A model generated the notes under the pieces. It was not told the DNA's origin. It worked only from the letters and a program-made list of their open reading frames with translations, and ran no database searches. A DNA stretch of 64,000 bases from an uncultured Candidatus Rokubacteria bacterium. GTDB lineage: Bacteria; Methylomirabilota; Methylomirabilia; Rokubacteriales; DASRDR01. How positions within the stretch are numbered: the first letter of the stretch is position 1; every line of letters starts with the position of its first letter. Positions 48,847 to 58,127 of this stretch are shown piece by piece. The position numbers were made by a program, and so were the translations under genes. Location of the stretch: positions 1,472,001 to 1,536,000 of the forward strand of contig CAWGVS010000005.1 in the NCBI GenBank assembly GCA_963826115.1. Reading direction: 5' to 3'.

Positions 48847-50997
48847 ATGGCGACGGCGAGCCTCCTCCTGCTCGCGCTGCTCCTGGCCCTGCCGTCGGCG
48901 AACTACCAGGTCTTCGACGGGCTGCCGCTCTCCTCGGGTCCCGAGTTTCTCGTCCTCGTTCTCCTGGTGCCCCTGGTCGTCGGCCGCGGGCTCCGCCGTC
49001 TCCACCGGCGGTGGCTCGCGTCCTGGCCGAGCGCCGCGAGGGGCGCGCTCGTGGCGCTCGGCGCGTTCGCCGTCGGGGTGAAGCTCGTGCTCCTGGCGAC
49101 CGGCAGCCACGAGGGGTTCCTCGCGTGCTACGGCTCGCCGCTCGAGCCGCCGCGGGTCGGCCCCTGCGAGCGGTCGTTCGAGCACCCGTTCTCCCGCTTC
49201 GCCGTCACGCGCCTCGACCGGACCATCGACTTCGGGGAGAACGACTGGGACCTGGGGTTCCTGAACTCCGTGCGCTTCGACCGTCACTACGCGGGGCTGG
49301 CCGGACGGCTCCGCAACCGGATGCCCATCGAGGCGTCCTGGCAGGGCACCGTCGAGCGTGCCGAGCCCTGGGTCGCGCGGATCACCTACGCGGGCGAGGC
49401 GGCCGTCACCGTCGATCCCGACGGACCGCCGGCGAGCCGCGCCTCGACGGCGCTCGCCCCGCGGTACGCCGCGCCGGCCGTGACCTACGTGCCGGTCCCC
49501 GCCGGACGTCACGCCGTCCGGATCGACTACCGCTTCGACGACGGCTCCACGTTCGGCGGCCCTCCCCCGGACGGGCCGTGGGCAACGCTCCGGATCGAGC
49601 GCGGGCGCGGCGCCGGCGGGCGGGCTCCCGGCGCTCCCGTCACCGCGGTCCGGCCGGCATGGGCCTGGCGGGGGGCCGCCGCCGCAGGCGACGCCGCGAT
49701 CTCTGTTCTCGCGCTCGTCCTCCTGCTCTTCCACGCGGGCCTCGTCTGGCGGGATGCGTGGCTCCTGGCACTGGTGGCCGGCGCCACGCCGCTGGTCGAT
49801 CGGCTCGATCCGGCGCGGATCGGCCTGCCGAGCGGCCTCGGGCTCTGCGTCCTGCTGGGGCTGGTCGCCGTCCCGCTGCTCGGGCGTCGCTGGCGTCGAC
49901 GTCTCACAGGTGCCTTCTTCGCGATGGTCTACGTCGCGTGGTTCACCACTCTTCACACGTTCCGGCGGCTCGACGTCGTCACCCTCCGCGAGTGGGCGGG
50001 CGACCCCCTCTTCTACGAGTCCCAGGCGCGCTCGATCCTGGACTCGTGGTCGCTCGAGGGCGGCGAGCCCGTCTTCATCTATCAGCCCCTGTACCGGTAC
50101 ATCCGCTTCGCGCAGCGGCTGCTCCTCGGCGAGGGCGACGGGCTGGTCAGCATGCTGGCGCTCGCGGCGCTCTGGTGGGCCCTGTGCTGGGCGTTCGCGC
50201 GCCTGTGGGCCCGCCCCCGGCCGGGCTGGCCCCGGACGATCCTGTTCGGGAGCGCCGCCCTGCTCTTACTCGCGCTTGCCAGCACGTCGCCCGTCGTGTT
50301 CTTCATCCAGGTCAGCCTGTCGGAATATCCGACGTGGATCTTCCTGGCGCTGCTCCTTCCGATGCTGTTCGCCGGCCAATCGCCAACCCAGTGGCGGAGC
50401 GGCGTGGTGCTGGCAAGCCTCTCAATCCTGACCCGGTCGAACCAGGCTCCGGGCGTGCTCGCGCTGCTCGGCGCCTTCGTGTGGCGCACGTGGAAACTGC
50501 GATCGCGCGTCGCACTGGGCGCGCTGGTACTGGCCGCGCTTCTCCTCGCGCTCCCCGCCCTGCACAACCGGTACTACGGCGGCCAGCTGGCCATGACCGG
50601 CAAGAGCCAGCCGCACCTCCTGAGGCTCCCACCCCAACAGTGGCCTCGGATCCTCGGCGACCCAGCCGTGCGCAGAGAGGCCCTCAACCAGATCGACCAC
50701 CTCTTCTACCTGAACCCGGTCGACGACCCGCCGCCCCGCGGCGACGAGCTGTCCCGGAGCGCGATGCGGGGGCTTCAGGTGCTCTGGCTGGTGACCTGCG
50801 TCTTGGCGGTCCGGCGGCGGGGCTTCGCGCCAGGCGCGAAACTCTTGCTCTACGGTCTTCCGCTCGCGTACCTCGGCGTCCACTTCATGTTCGTCGTGGA
50901 CGACTACTACCCCCGCCACGTCATCGTGGGCCACCTGGCGATGGGGCTCGTCACCCTGAACGCCGTCGGGCGCAACTGGCCCCCGAACGATCCGTGA
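48847..50997 (+). CDS. Polytopic membrane protein, probable GT-C glycosyltransferase with extracytoplasmic PA14-like domain
   Basis: N-terminal TMs, beta-rich loop (GRHAVRIDY), DPLFYESQA...QPLY, LSEYP and many TM segments. Confidence 0.6.
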   Translation: MATASLLLLALLLALPSANYQVFDGLPLSSGPEFLVLVLLVPLVVGRGLRRLHRRWLASWPSAARGALVALGAFAVGVKLVLLATGSHEGFLACYGSPLEPPRVGPCERSFEHPFSRFAVTRLDRTIDFGENDWDLGFLNSVRFDRHYAGLAGRLRNRMPIEASWQGTVERAEPWVARITYAGEAAVTVDPDGPPASRASTALAPRYAAPAVTYVPVPAGRHAVRIDYRFDDGSTFGGPPPDGPWATLRIERGRGAGGRAPGAPVTAVRPAWAWRGAAAAGDAAISVLALVLLLFHAGLVWRDAWLLALVAGATPLVDRLDPARIGLPSGLGLCVLLGLVAVPLLGRRWRRRLTGAFFAMVYVAWFTTLHTFRRLDVVTLREWAGDPLFYESQARSILDSWSLEGGEPVFIYQPLYRYIRFAQRLLLGEGDGLVSMLALAALWWALCWAFARLWARPRPGWPRTILFGSAALLLLALASTSPVVFFIQVSLSEYPTWIFLALLLPMLFAGQSPTQWRSGVVLASLSILTRSNQAPGVLALLGAFVWRTWKLRSRVALGALVLAALLLALPALHNRYYGGQLAMTGKSQPHLLRLPPQQWPRILGDPAVRREALNQIDHLFYLNPVDDPPPRGDELSRSAMRGLQVLWLVTCVLAVRRRGFAPGAKLLLYGLPLAYLGVHFMFVVDDYYPRHVIVGHLAMGLVTLNAVGRNWPPNDP

Positions 50998-51015
50998 CGG
51001 GCGCTCGACGGGCGG

Positions 51016-53046
51016 TCAGGCGCGCGCGACTCGCACGTCCAGGAAGGTGCTCTGGTAGGTCGCGCCCTCGCCGAGGTCGGTCAGGCGATCGGCGCAGATC
51101 AGGTTGATCGTCCCGGCCACGGCCTCGCCGGCCGGCCGCTGCCCGGGCACCAGCGCCACGCCCGGCGCCACCTCGTCGGAGACCCGCAGGCGCATCGACA
51201 CCGCGCCGAGGTCGTTGAAGAGCTCGACGCCGTCGCCCGCCTCGAGGCCGCGCGTCCGCGCGTCCGCGGGATGGAGCACCACGACGGGCGCGCCCTCGCG
51301 GCGCCGGAGGGCCGAGTTGCCGGAGAACGCGGTGTGGCTCTGGAAGTACCCGGGCGCGGTGAGGAGCCGGAGCGGCCACCGGCGTCCCTGCTCCGCCTCC
51401 TCCGCGTCCTCGTGCCAGTCGGGCAGGGCCCGGAGTCCCTGACGGGCGAGCGTCTCCGAATAGAACTCGAGCTTCCCGGACGGCGTCCCGAACCGCTGGC
51501 CGTCCGGATACGGGTCGACCTTGATCGGACCCGACGTCCGGAGCGCGTCGGGATCGAGACGCGCCGCGGGGCCCGTCGCGCCGACGAACGCGGTACGGAC
51601 CAGCTCCTCCATGCCCATCGAGAACACCGCGTCGCGGACGCCGAGCCGGCGGGCCAGCTCCTGGGCGAGCCGCACGTTGGACCACGCCTCGCCTTGGGGC
51701 GCCACGGCGCGCGGGGCGAACTGGACGTAGTACGCGCCGTATGCGCGGAAGAGGTCCTCGGTCTCGAGGTACGTCGTCGCGGGGAGCACGAGGTCCGCGT
51801 ACCGCGCGGTGTCGGTGAGGAACGGGTCGTGCACGACGGTGAAGAGATCCTCGCGCATGAGGCCCCGCCGGACCGCGGCCACGTCGGGGCACGTCACCGC
51901 CGGGTTGTTGGCGGAGACGAACAGCGCGCGGATCGGGGGGTCGCGCATCTCGAGGAGGTCTCGGCCGAGCCGCGAGTGGTTGACGAGCCGGGTCGCGGCG
52001 GGCCCCGACGGGCGGCGCACCGCCTCGAAGGAGAAACCGAACCCCCCGACGGTCGCGAGGAGCGCGCCGCCACCGCGCTTTCCATACGCGCCGACGACGG
52101 CGGGCAGGCACGCCACCGCGCGCACCGCCTGGCCCCCCTGGGTGTTCCGGGACATCCCGAAGCCGATCCGGATGTAGGGCGCCCGCGCCCGGCCGTAGAG
52201 GTGCGCGAGACGCTCGACATCCGCCGCGGGGAGCCCGGTGATCGCCGAGACCCGGTCCGGCGCGAAGCGCGGCAGGACCTCACGCTCGAGCCGCTCGAAC
52301 CCGAGGGTGTGGCGGTCGAGGTACGCGCGGTCCGCCAGGCCGTCCCGGACCAGCACGTGCATCATCCCCAGCGCGAGCGCGGCGTCGGTGCCGATCCGCG
52401 GGGCCACGTGCCAGTCGGCCTGGGCGGCCGTCCGGGTGCGCCGGGGGTCGATCACGACCAGCTTCGCGCCGCGCGTCCGCGCCTCCTCGGTCTTGGCCCA
52501 GGCGTGGACCGCCGTCGTCACGAGGTCGGCGCTCCAGGAGACGATCACGTCCGACTCGACCATCAGCTCGGGGTCCGCGCCGCCCACCGGCCCGCACGTC
52601 GTCTCCCACGCGACGTCGGCGCAGGTGTCGCAGATCGTCCCGGGCTGGAGGCGCGTCGTGCCGAGGGCGTGGAAGAGCGCCATGGGAAGCCAGCGGTTCA
52701 TCTGCCCCTGGTGCGCGCTGTAGCAGTAGCCGAGGATCGCGAGCGGCCCGTCCTCGCGGCGGATGGCCGTCCACCGCGCCGTCAGCTCGTCGAGCGCCTC
52801 GTCCCAGCTCACCGGCCGGAACTCTCCGGCGCCCTTGGGACCGGTCCGCCGGAGCGGCGTCCGCACCCGCTCGGGGGAGTGCACCAGCTCGGGCTCGCGG
52901 CGCACCTTCGCGCACACGAAGCCGGCGGTGAAGGGCTGATCGGGGTCACCCTCGACCCGGACCAAGCGCCCGTCCTCCACGTGGGCGAGGATCGAGCACA
53001 TGTCGGGGCAGTCGTGCGCGCACACCGTGCGGATCACCGTCGTCAC
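51016..53046 (-). CDS. Molybdopterin-dependent oxidoreductase (cytoplasmic, N-terminal 4Fe-4S)
   Basis: CAHDCPDMC...C, IDPRRT, GTDAALALG, TDTARYADLVLPA and a molydopterin dinucleotide-binding C-terminus. Confidence 0.93.
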   Translation of the reverse strand: MTTVIRTVCAHDCPDMCSILAHVEDGRLVRVEGDPDQPFTAGFVCAKVRREPELVHSPERVRTPLRRTGPKGAGEFRPVSWDEALDELTARWTAIRREDGPLAILGYCYSAHQGQMNRWLPMALFHALGTTRLQPGTICDTCADVAWETTCGPVGGADPELMVESDVIVSWSADLVTTAVHAWAKTEEARTRGAKLVVIDPRRTRTAAQADWHVAPRIGTDAALALGMMHVLVRDGLADRAYLDRHTLGFERLEREVLPRFAPDRVSAITGLPAADVERLAHLYGRARAPYIRIGFGMSRNTQGGQAVRAVACLPAVVGAYGKRGGGALLATVGGFGFSFEAVRRPSGPAATRLVNHSRLGRDLLEMRDPPIRALFVSANNPAVTCPDVAAVRRGLMREDLFTVVHDPFLTDTARYADLVLPATTYLETEDLFRAYGAYYVQFAPRAVAPQGEAWSNVRLAQELARRLGVRDAVFSMGMEELVRTAFVGATGPAARLDPDALRTSGPIKVDPYPDGQRFGTPSGKLEFYSETLARQGLRALPDWHEDAEEAEQGRRWPLRLLTAPGYFQSHTAFSGNSALRRREGAPVVVLHPADARTRGLEAGDGVELFNDLGAVSMRLRVSDEVAPGVALVPGQRPAGEAVAGTINLICADRLTDLGEGATYQSTFLDVRVARA

Positions 53047-53080
53047 GCGAGAGTCCCTCCCCTGGAGCGTCCAGCAATAA

Positions 53081-53116
53081 GCGGTAGGAGCCGAGCTGTG
53101 GGCTCGATCCTACCGC
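53081..53116 (-). terminator. Strong hairpin in the leader of the Mo-oxidoreductase gene (terminator- or GTAG-REP-like)
   Basis: GCGGTAGGA...TCCTACCGC stem with inner CGAGC/GCTCG, followed by TTATT on the minus strand. Confidence 0.5.
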
Positions 53117-53208
53117 GGGACGGGTGGCCCCGGTAAAGAACCGCTTCCTGCCAGGCGCCGGGGGCCATTTATACCGGCGGCCACCCGGGTGGAACCACTC
53201 CCCGGTTC

Positions 53209-54813
53209 TCAGTGGGCGCCGGCCGGCGTGGGGCGGCTCCGCACCCGCCGGAACAGGAACACCAGCGGGATACACACCAGCGCCAGGAGCGCCAGGACCC
53301 GGAAAGTGTCGAGAAAGGAGAGGAGCGTCGCCTGCCGGACCAGCGTGCGATAGAGGAGGCCGAGCGCCGCGGGGCCCGCGGCGGCCGCGCCCACCTGCGG
53401 CGCCAGGTGCTCCCGCGCCTCCTCGAGCCAGCGCTGGTACTGGGGATCGTAGGGCGTGAGATGCGTCACCAGGCGCGCCTGGTGCGCCTGGGTCCCCCGC
53501 GTCAGGAGCGTGGTCACGGCCGCGATCCCGACGCTCGCGCCGATGTTCCGCATCAGGTTGAAGATGCCCGTTCCCTGTCCCATCTGCTCGCGCGAGAGGG
53601 TCGCCATCGCCGTCGTGGTGAGTGGCACGAAGATCAGCGGGCCGGCGAAGCCGTTCAGGATGCTGGTCCAGACCACGTCGCGCTGGGCGATGTCGAGGTT
53701 CATGTTGCTGTAGAGGAGCGCCGACGATCCGGCCAGGGTGAACCCCGCGCCGATCAGGATTCGGCTGTCCACTCGTCCGATGAGCCGGCCGACGATGATG
53801 CTGCAGGTGAGCGCCCCGAGTCCGCGCGGGCTCACGGCCAGTCCGCTCTGGAGGGCCGGATAGCCGAGCAGCGTCTGGAGGAACAGCGGCAGCATGGCCG
53901 TCGTGCCGTACAGCACCACGCCGAGCACGGTGATGAGCGCGGTGCCGATGGCGAAGTTCCGGTTGGCGAGGACGCGCAGGTTGACGATCGGCGAGTCGGT
54001 CGCCAGCTCGCGGAGGACGAACGCCACGAACGTCGCCAGCGAGATCACCGCGCACCAGCGCACCCAGGGCGCCGCGAACCAGTCCACCTCTTGGCCCCGG
54101 TCGAGGATCAGCTGGAGCGTCCCCAGGAACGTCACCATAAGACCGAAGCCCAGGTAGTCGACACGACGCTGGCGGCCCCCGCGGATGTACGGCGGGTCCT
54201 CGATGAACGTGTGCGCCATCAGGATCGCGATCGCCCCGACCGGCAGGTTGATGTAGAAGACCCATCGCCACGAGTAGTTGTCCGTGATCCAGCCACCGAG
54301 TGTCGGTCCCAGGATCGGCGCGACGATCACGCCCATCGCGAAGGCGGCCATCGCCGTCCCCCGCCGGGCGGGCGGAAAGCTCTCCATCAGCACCGCCTGC
54401 GCGATGGGCTGGAGCGCCCCGCCCCCGGCGCCCTGGAGAATCCGCGCCGCGACCAGCATGCCGAGCGAGGTCGCCGCGCCGCACAGGGCGGAGGCCGCCG
54501 TGAACACGATGATGCACGTGATGAGGAAGCGCTTCCGGCCGAACCGGCTCCCGAGCCACGCCGTGATCGGCAGCACGATCGCGTTCGAGATGAGGTAGCT
54601 CGTCAGGACCCAGGTCGCTTCCTCTGGGGTCGCGGAGAGGCTGCCCGCGATGTGCGGAAGGGAGACGTTGGCGACCGCGGTATCGAGCACCTCCATGAAC
54701 GTGGCCAGCATCACCGAGATGGCGATCAGCCACGGGTTGAAGCGGGGCGTCCACTCCGCCGGGAGCCCGGTCCCGTCCGACGCGCCAGGGGTGCCCCCCT
54801 CTTCCACCGCCAT
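53209..54813 (-). CDS. DHA2-family MFS multidrug efflux permease (EmrB/QacA)
   Basis: MEVLDTAVANVSL, ARILQG, GPTLGG, WRWVFYINLP and RNIG motifs. Confidence 0.94.
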   Translation of the reverse strand: MAVEEGGTPGASDGTGLPAEWTPRFNPWLIAISVMLATFMEVLDTAVANVSLPHIAGSLSATPEEATWVLTSYLISNAIVLPITAWLGSRFGRKRFLITCIIVFTAASALCGAATSLGMLVAARILQGAGGGALQPIAQAVLMESFPPARRGTAMAAFAMGVIVAPILGPTLGGWITDNYSWRWVFYINLPVGAIAILMAHTFIEDPPYIRGGRQRRVDYLGFGLMVTFLGTLQLILDRGQEVDWFAAPWVRWCAVISLATFVAFVLRELATDSPIVNLRVLANRNFAIGTALITVLGVVLYGTTAMLPLFLQTLLGYPALQSGLAVSPRGLGALTCSIIVGRLIGRVDSRILIGAGFTLAGSSALLYSNMNLDIAQRDVVWTSILNGFAGPLIFVPLTTTAMATLSREQMGQGTGIFNLMRNIGASVGIAAVTTLLTRGTQAHQARLVTHLTPYDPQYQRWLEEAREHLAPQVGAAAAGPAALGLLYRTLVRQATLLSFLDTFRVLALLALVCIPLVFLFRRVRSRPTPAGAH

Positions 54814-54849
54814 GTGAATCACATTACAATATCCGAACGTGAGTGTGAA
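54814..54849. promoter_or_regulatory. Overlapping divergent leaderless promoters for the emrB-like and tetR genes
   Basis: Minus strand TTCACA-N17-TAATGT-N7-ATG(54813); plus strand TACAAT(54825)-N8-GTG(54839). Confidence 0.65.
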
Positions 54850-55522
54850 ACAAGCACCATCAATACATCGAGCGCGGGGCGCCGCCGCGCCCACGACCGG
54901 CCGCAAGGCTCGGGAGCGCGCGAGCCGCCGCGCGGAGGTGCTCGCCGCCGCCCGTCGCCTGTACGCGCGCAAGGGCTACCAGCAGGCGTCGATGGTGGAG
55001 ATCGCGCGGGCGTCGGAGCTCGCGGTCGGAACCCTCTACCAGCTGTTCCCGTCCAAGGAGGCGATCCTCCGGAGCCTCCTGGAGGACCGCATGGACGAGC
55101 TGGTCACGCGCGTGCGCGCCGCCCTCGAGGGCCGCCGGGACGTCCGGGACCAGCTCCGCCAGATCGTCGAGACGCACCTCGCCTTCGCGCGCGACAACGC
55201 GGACATCCTCCGCCTCTACCTGTCGGGCTGGATCGGCTACGACACCCGCACGCGCCAGCGGTTCGGCGACCGGCTCGACGCTCGCTACGAGCGCTACGTG
55301 GCCCTCCTCACCGGAGTCTTCGAGGCCGGGGTCCGGAGCGGCGCCCTCGCGCCCCGGCCGTCGCGGCGGCTCGCCGTCACGCTGGCCGGCCTGATCCACG
55401 CGGTGATCCGCCGCGGACTGCGCGAGCGTCGCCTCGACTTCGCGGCCGAGGGCGAAGCGCTGCTCGACGTGCTCCTCCACGGGGTGCTGCCGCGCGAGCC
55501 GGGCCGGGGAGCGTCGGCATGA
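54839..55522 (+). CDS. TetR/AcrR family transcriptional regulator
   Basis: VLAAARRLY...SMVEIA...GTLYQLFPSKEAI helix-turn-helix. Confidence 0.93.
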   Translation: MSVKQAPSIHRARGAAAPTTGRKARERASRRAEVLAAARRLYARKGYQQASMVEIARASELAVGTLYQLFPSKEAILRSLLEDRMDELVTRVRAALEGRRDVRDQLRQIVETHLAFARDNADILRLYLSGWIGYDTRTRQRFGDRLDARYERYVALLTGVFEAGVRSGALAPRPSRRLAVTLAGLIHAVIRRGLRERRLDFAAEGEALLDVLLHGVLPREPGRGASA

Positions 55523-55581
55523 GCCCCCAGGCCGAAGGCCGTCCGATCGACTACCGCGGAGCGTAGGGTAGCCCAGTGAGC
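55519..55581 (+). repeat. MSPQAEGRPI-type element at the tetR/emrA junction
   Basis: ATGAGCCCCCAGGCCGAAGGCCGTCCGATC matches 10830-10859 at 27/30 nt; flanked by a TGAGC direct repeat. Confidence 0.75.
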
Positions 55582-56883
55582 ATCGACGGCGAGCTCGACG
55601 CGCTCCCGCGCCGCATCCCGTCACGGTGGACGCCGCGGCGCATCGTCTCCCTGGCGCTGATCGCCGTCGCGCTCGTCGCCGGGGCCTACTACGGGCACGC
55701 CTGGTGGCGCCACCTCCAGGCCCACGTCTCGACCGACGACGCCTACATCACGGGCAGGATCGCGCCGGTCAGCGCCCGCGTGTCGGGACACGTGGCCAAG
55801 GTCCTGGTCAACGACAACCAGGACGTCCAGGCGGGGGACATCCTGGTGCAGCTCGACGTCCGGGACTTCGAGGTCGCGCAGGCCGAGGCGCGGGCGGCGG
55901 TCGAGGCCGCCCGCGCGGATCTGAAGAACGCCTCCCTCAACGTGCCGCTGACCGACGACACCACGCGGAGCGCGGCCACCCAGGCGGAGGCCGCACTCGC
56001 GGCGGTCGAGCAGGGCGCCGAGATGTCGCGCCACGACCTCGATCAGCGACGCAGCGAGCTCCGCGCGAAGCAGGCCGCGGTCGCCGCCGCCGACGCGGGC
56101 GTCCGCGCGGCCGCCGCGGACTTCGACCGGGCGCGCCTCGACCGGGACCGCCTGGCCGAGCTCTTCCGGAGCCAGCTCGTCGCCCGGCAGGACCTCGACC
56201 ACGCCGAGTCGGCGCTCCAGAGCGCGCGGGCCGCGCTGGACCAGGCCCGTGAGCGCCTCGGCCAGGCGAGCGACGAGGCGCAGCAGGCGGCCGCCGGGGT
56301 GCAGAGTCAGACGTCGGCCCTCGCCCAGGCGAGTCGCCGCGTGGACGAGTCGCGAGCGACCCTGGCCAGCGCCGTGAGCCAGCGCCAGCAGGTCGGCGTC
56401 CGCCAGACGCAGGTCGACGCCGCGCGCGGCCGCCTGGACCAGTCCCTCGCCAGCCTGGCCCAGGCCGAGCTGAATCTCGTCTACGCCACCGTCCGCGCGC
56501 CCATGGCGGGTCGCGTGACGAAGAAGACCGTGGAGGTCGGGCAGGTCGTCCAGCCCGGCCAGCTCCTCCTCGCCGTGGTCGACCTCAAGGACGTGTGGGT
56601 GATCGGGAACTTCAAGGAAACCGACCTCACCGACGTGCGGGCGGGGCAGGTGGCGGCGATCACGGTGGACACGTATCCCGGCGTCGTCTTCAGGGGTCGC
56701 GTCGACTCGATCCAGGCGGGCTCGGGGGCCGTCTTCTCGCTGCTGCCGCCGGAGAACGCCTCCGGGAACTTCGTGAAAGTGGTCCAGCGGGTCCCCGTGA
56801 AGCTCGTCTTCGAGCCCGGCGAGACAACCAAGCACGTCCTGGTCCCCGGCATGTCGGTCGTCCCGACCATCGCCGTCCGCTGA
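55576..56883 (+). CDS. HlyD/EmrA-family membrane fusion protein
   Basis: STDDAY, long coiled coil, GNFKET and LLPPENASGNFVKVVQRVPV motifs. Confidence 0.94.
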   Translation: MSIDGELDALPRRIPSRWTPRRIVSLALIAVALVAGAYYGHAWWRHLQAHVSTDDAYITGRIAPVSARVSGHVAKVLVNDNQDVQAGDILVQLDVRDFEVAQAEARAAVEAARADLKNASLNVPLTDDTTRSAATQAEAALAAVEQGAEMSRHDLDQRRSELRAKQAAVAAADAGVRAAAADFDRARLDRDRLAELFRSQLVARQDLDHAESALQSARAALDQARERLGQASDEAQQAAAGVQSQTSALAQASRRVDESRATLASAVSQRQQVGVRQTQVDAARGRLDQSLASLAQAELNLVYATVRAPMAGRVTKKTVEVGQVVQPGQLLLAVVDLKDVWVIGNFKETDLTDVRAGQVAAITVDTYPGVVFRGRVDSIQAGSGAVFSLLPPENASGNFVKVVQRVPVKLVFEPGETTKHVLVPGMSVVPTIAVR

Positions 56884-57071
56884 CCCCCGCGCCCGCGCAG
56901 CGGGACGCTCGCGTCCCCTCCCTGTTCGCCAGTCTGCCCGTGAAGGCAGCACGACCTCGCCGGTGGCTCCTCGACTGTCCGCCCCTCGGGCTCCGGAAGC
57001 TCTGACCCGCCTCGCGGCCGCGGCGGGCAAAGTTTGACTCCGACCGCACGGCCCACCCATAGTCGTGGCGC

Positions 57072-58106
57072 ATGGGCGAGCAGGACCTGCCCGGCCGCCC
57101 CCCGTCCCCCGCGAGCCCCGGATGGCCACCGGCCGGCGCGCCGGACCCCGGACCGCCTCGCCCGCCCGCGTTCCAGCGCCCCAGCTTCCACGGACGCGGC
57201 GGCACCCTCTTCGGCATCCACGTCGTCAACGTCCTGCTCACGATCGTCACGCTCGGCGTCTACTACTTCTGGGCGAAGACGCGGACGCGGAAGTACCTCG
57301 TGGCCCAGACGGAGTTCCTGGGCGACCGCTTCGCATACCACGGCACGCCGAAGGAGCTGCTGCTGGGCATGCTCAAGGCGCTGCTCGTGTTCGGCCTGCC
57401 CATCTTCGCCCTGAGCCTGGTCGAGGACGTCCTCGCCGTGCCCCGGGCGGTGAAGGTCGCCGCGAGCTTCGCGTCCGCCGGCCTGTTCTTCGTGTTCTAC
57501 CCGGTCGCCCTCGTGGGATCCCGGCGCTACCGGCTGAGCCGCATCTCGTGGCGCGCTATCCGCTTCTCCTTCCGGGGCCGCACGGTCGAGCTGATCATGA
57601 TGATCCTTCACGGAAGCATCCTGACCGCGCTGACCCTCGGGCTCTACTACCCGTTCTTCGTCGTCCGCCGCCAGGGGTTCCTCGTATCGCACTCGTACTT
57701 CGGCGCGGATCGGTTCGACTTCACCGGCCGCGGCCGCGATCTCTTCGGACCCTTCCTGCTCGCCGCCGTGCTCACCCTTCCCACGCTGGGCCTCTGCTGG
57801 ATCTGGTACATCGCACGGAAGCGCCGCTACTTCTGGGACCACACGCGCTTCGGCGACGCCCGCTTCAGCTGCACCGTCAGCGGGCGTGCGCTCGCCGGCC
57901 TCTGGATCGTGAACGCGCTGCTCCTGGTCGTGACGCTCGGGCTCGCCTGGCCGTGGGTCCGCGTGCGCAGCATCCAGTTCGCGTTCCGGAGGATGGCCCT
58001 GATCGGGCCGGTCGACCTCGCGCGCATCCAGCAGGACGCGCAGCGCGTCTCCACCATCGGCGAGGGCCTGTCGGGCTTCTTCGACTCAGGCTTCGACTTC
58101 GCCTGA
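57072..58106 (+). CDS. YjgN/DUF898 family membrane protein
   Basis: FHGRGG...NVLLTIVTLGVYYFWAK with repeated TLGL..W/PF segments. Confidence 0.9.
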   Translation: MGEQDLPGRPPSPASPGWPPAGAPDPGPPRPPAFQRPSFHGRGGTLFGIHVVNVLLTIVTLGVYYFWAKTRTRKYLVAQTEFLGDRFAYHGTPKELLLGMLKALLVFGLPIFALSLVEDVLAVPRAVKVAASFASAGLFFVFYPVALVGSRRYRLSRISWRAIRFSFRGRTVELIMMILHGSILTALTLGLYYPFFVVRRQGFLVSHSYFGADRFDFTGRGRDLFGPFLLAAVLTLPTLGLCWIWYIARKRRYFWDHTRFGDARFSCTVSGRALAGLWIVNALLLVVTLGLAWPWVRVRSIQFAFRRMALIGPVDLARIQQDAQRVSTIGEGLSGFFDSGFDFA

Positions 58107-58127
58107 CGCCGTGGCGTCGCGAGGCCG

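Noticed and set aside
53120-53190. SRP RNA or SAM/SAH riboswitch resemblance (AGGAAGCGG; AACCGCTTCCTG)
   Set aside because: It lacks the SRP CAGG..GNRA..AGCAG geometry. The SAM/SAH-like string is on the strand facing no gene start.
55564-55566. In-frame TAG between the MSPQAEGRPI peptide and emrA as pyrrolysine or readthrough
   Set aside because: No pyl genes are seen, TAG ends many ordinary genes here, and emrA has its own GTG start.
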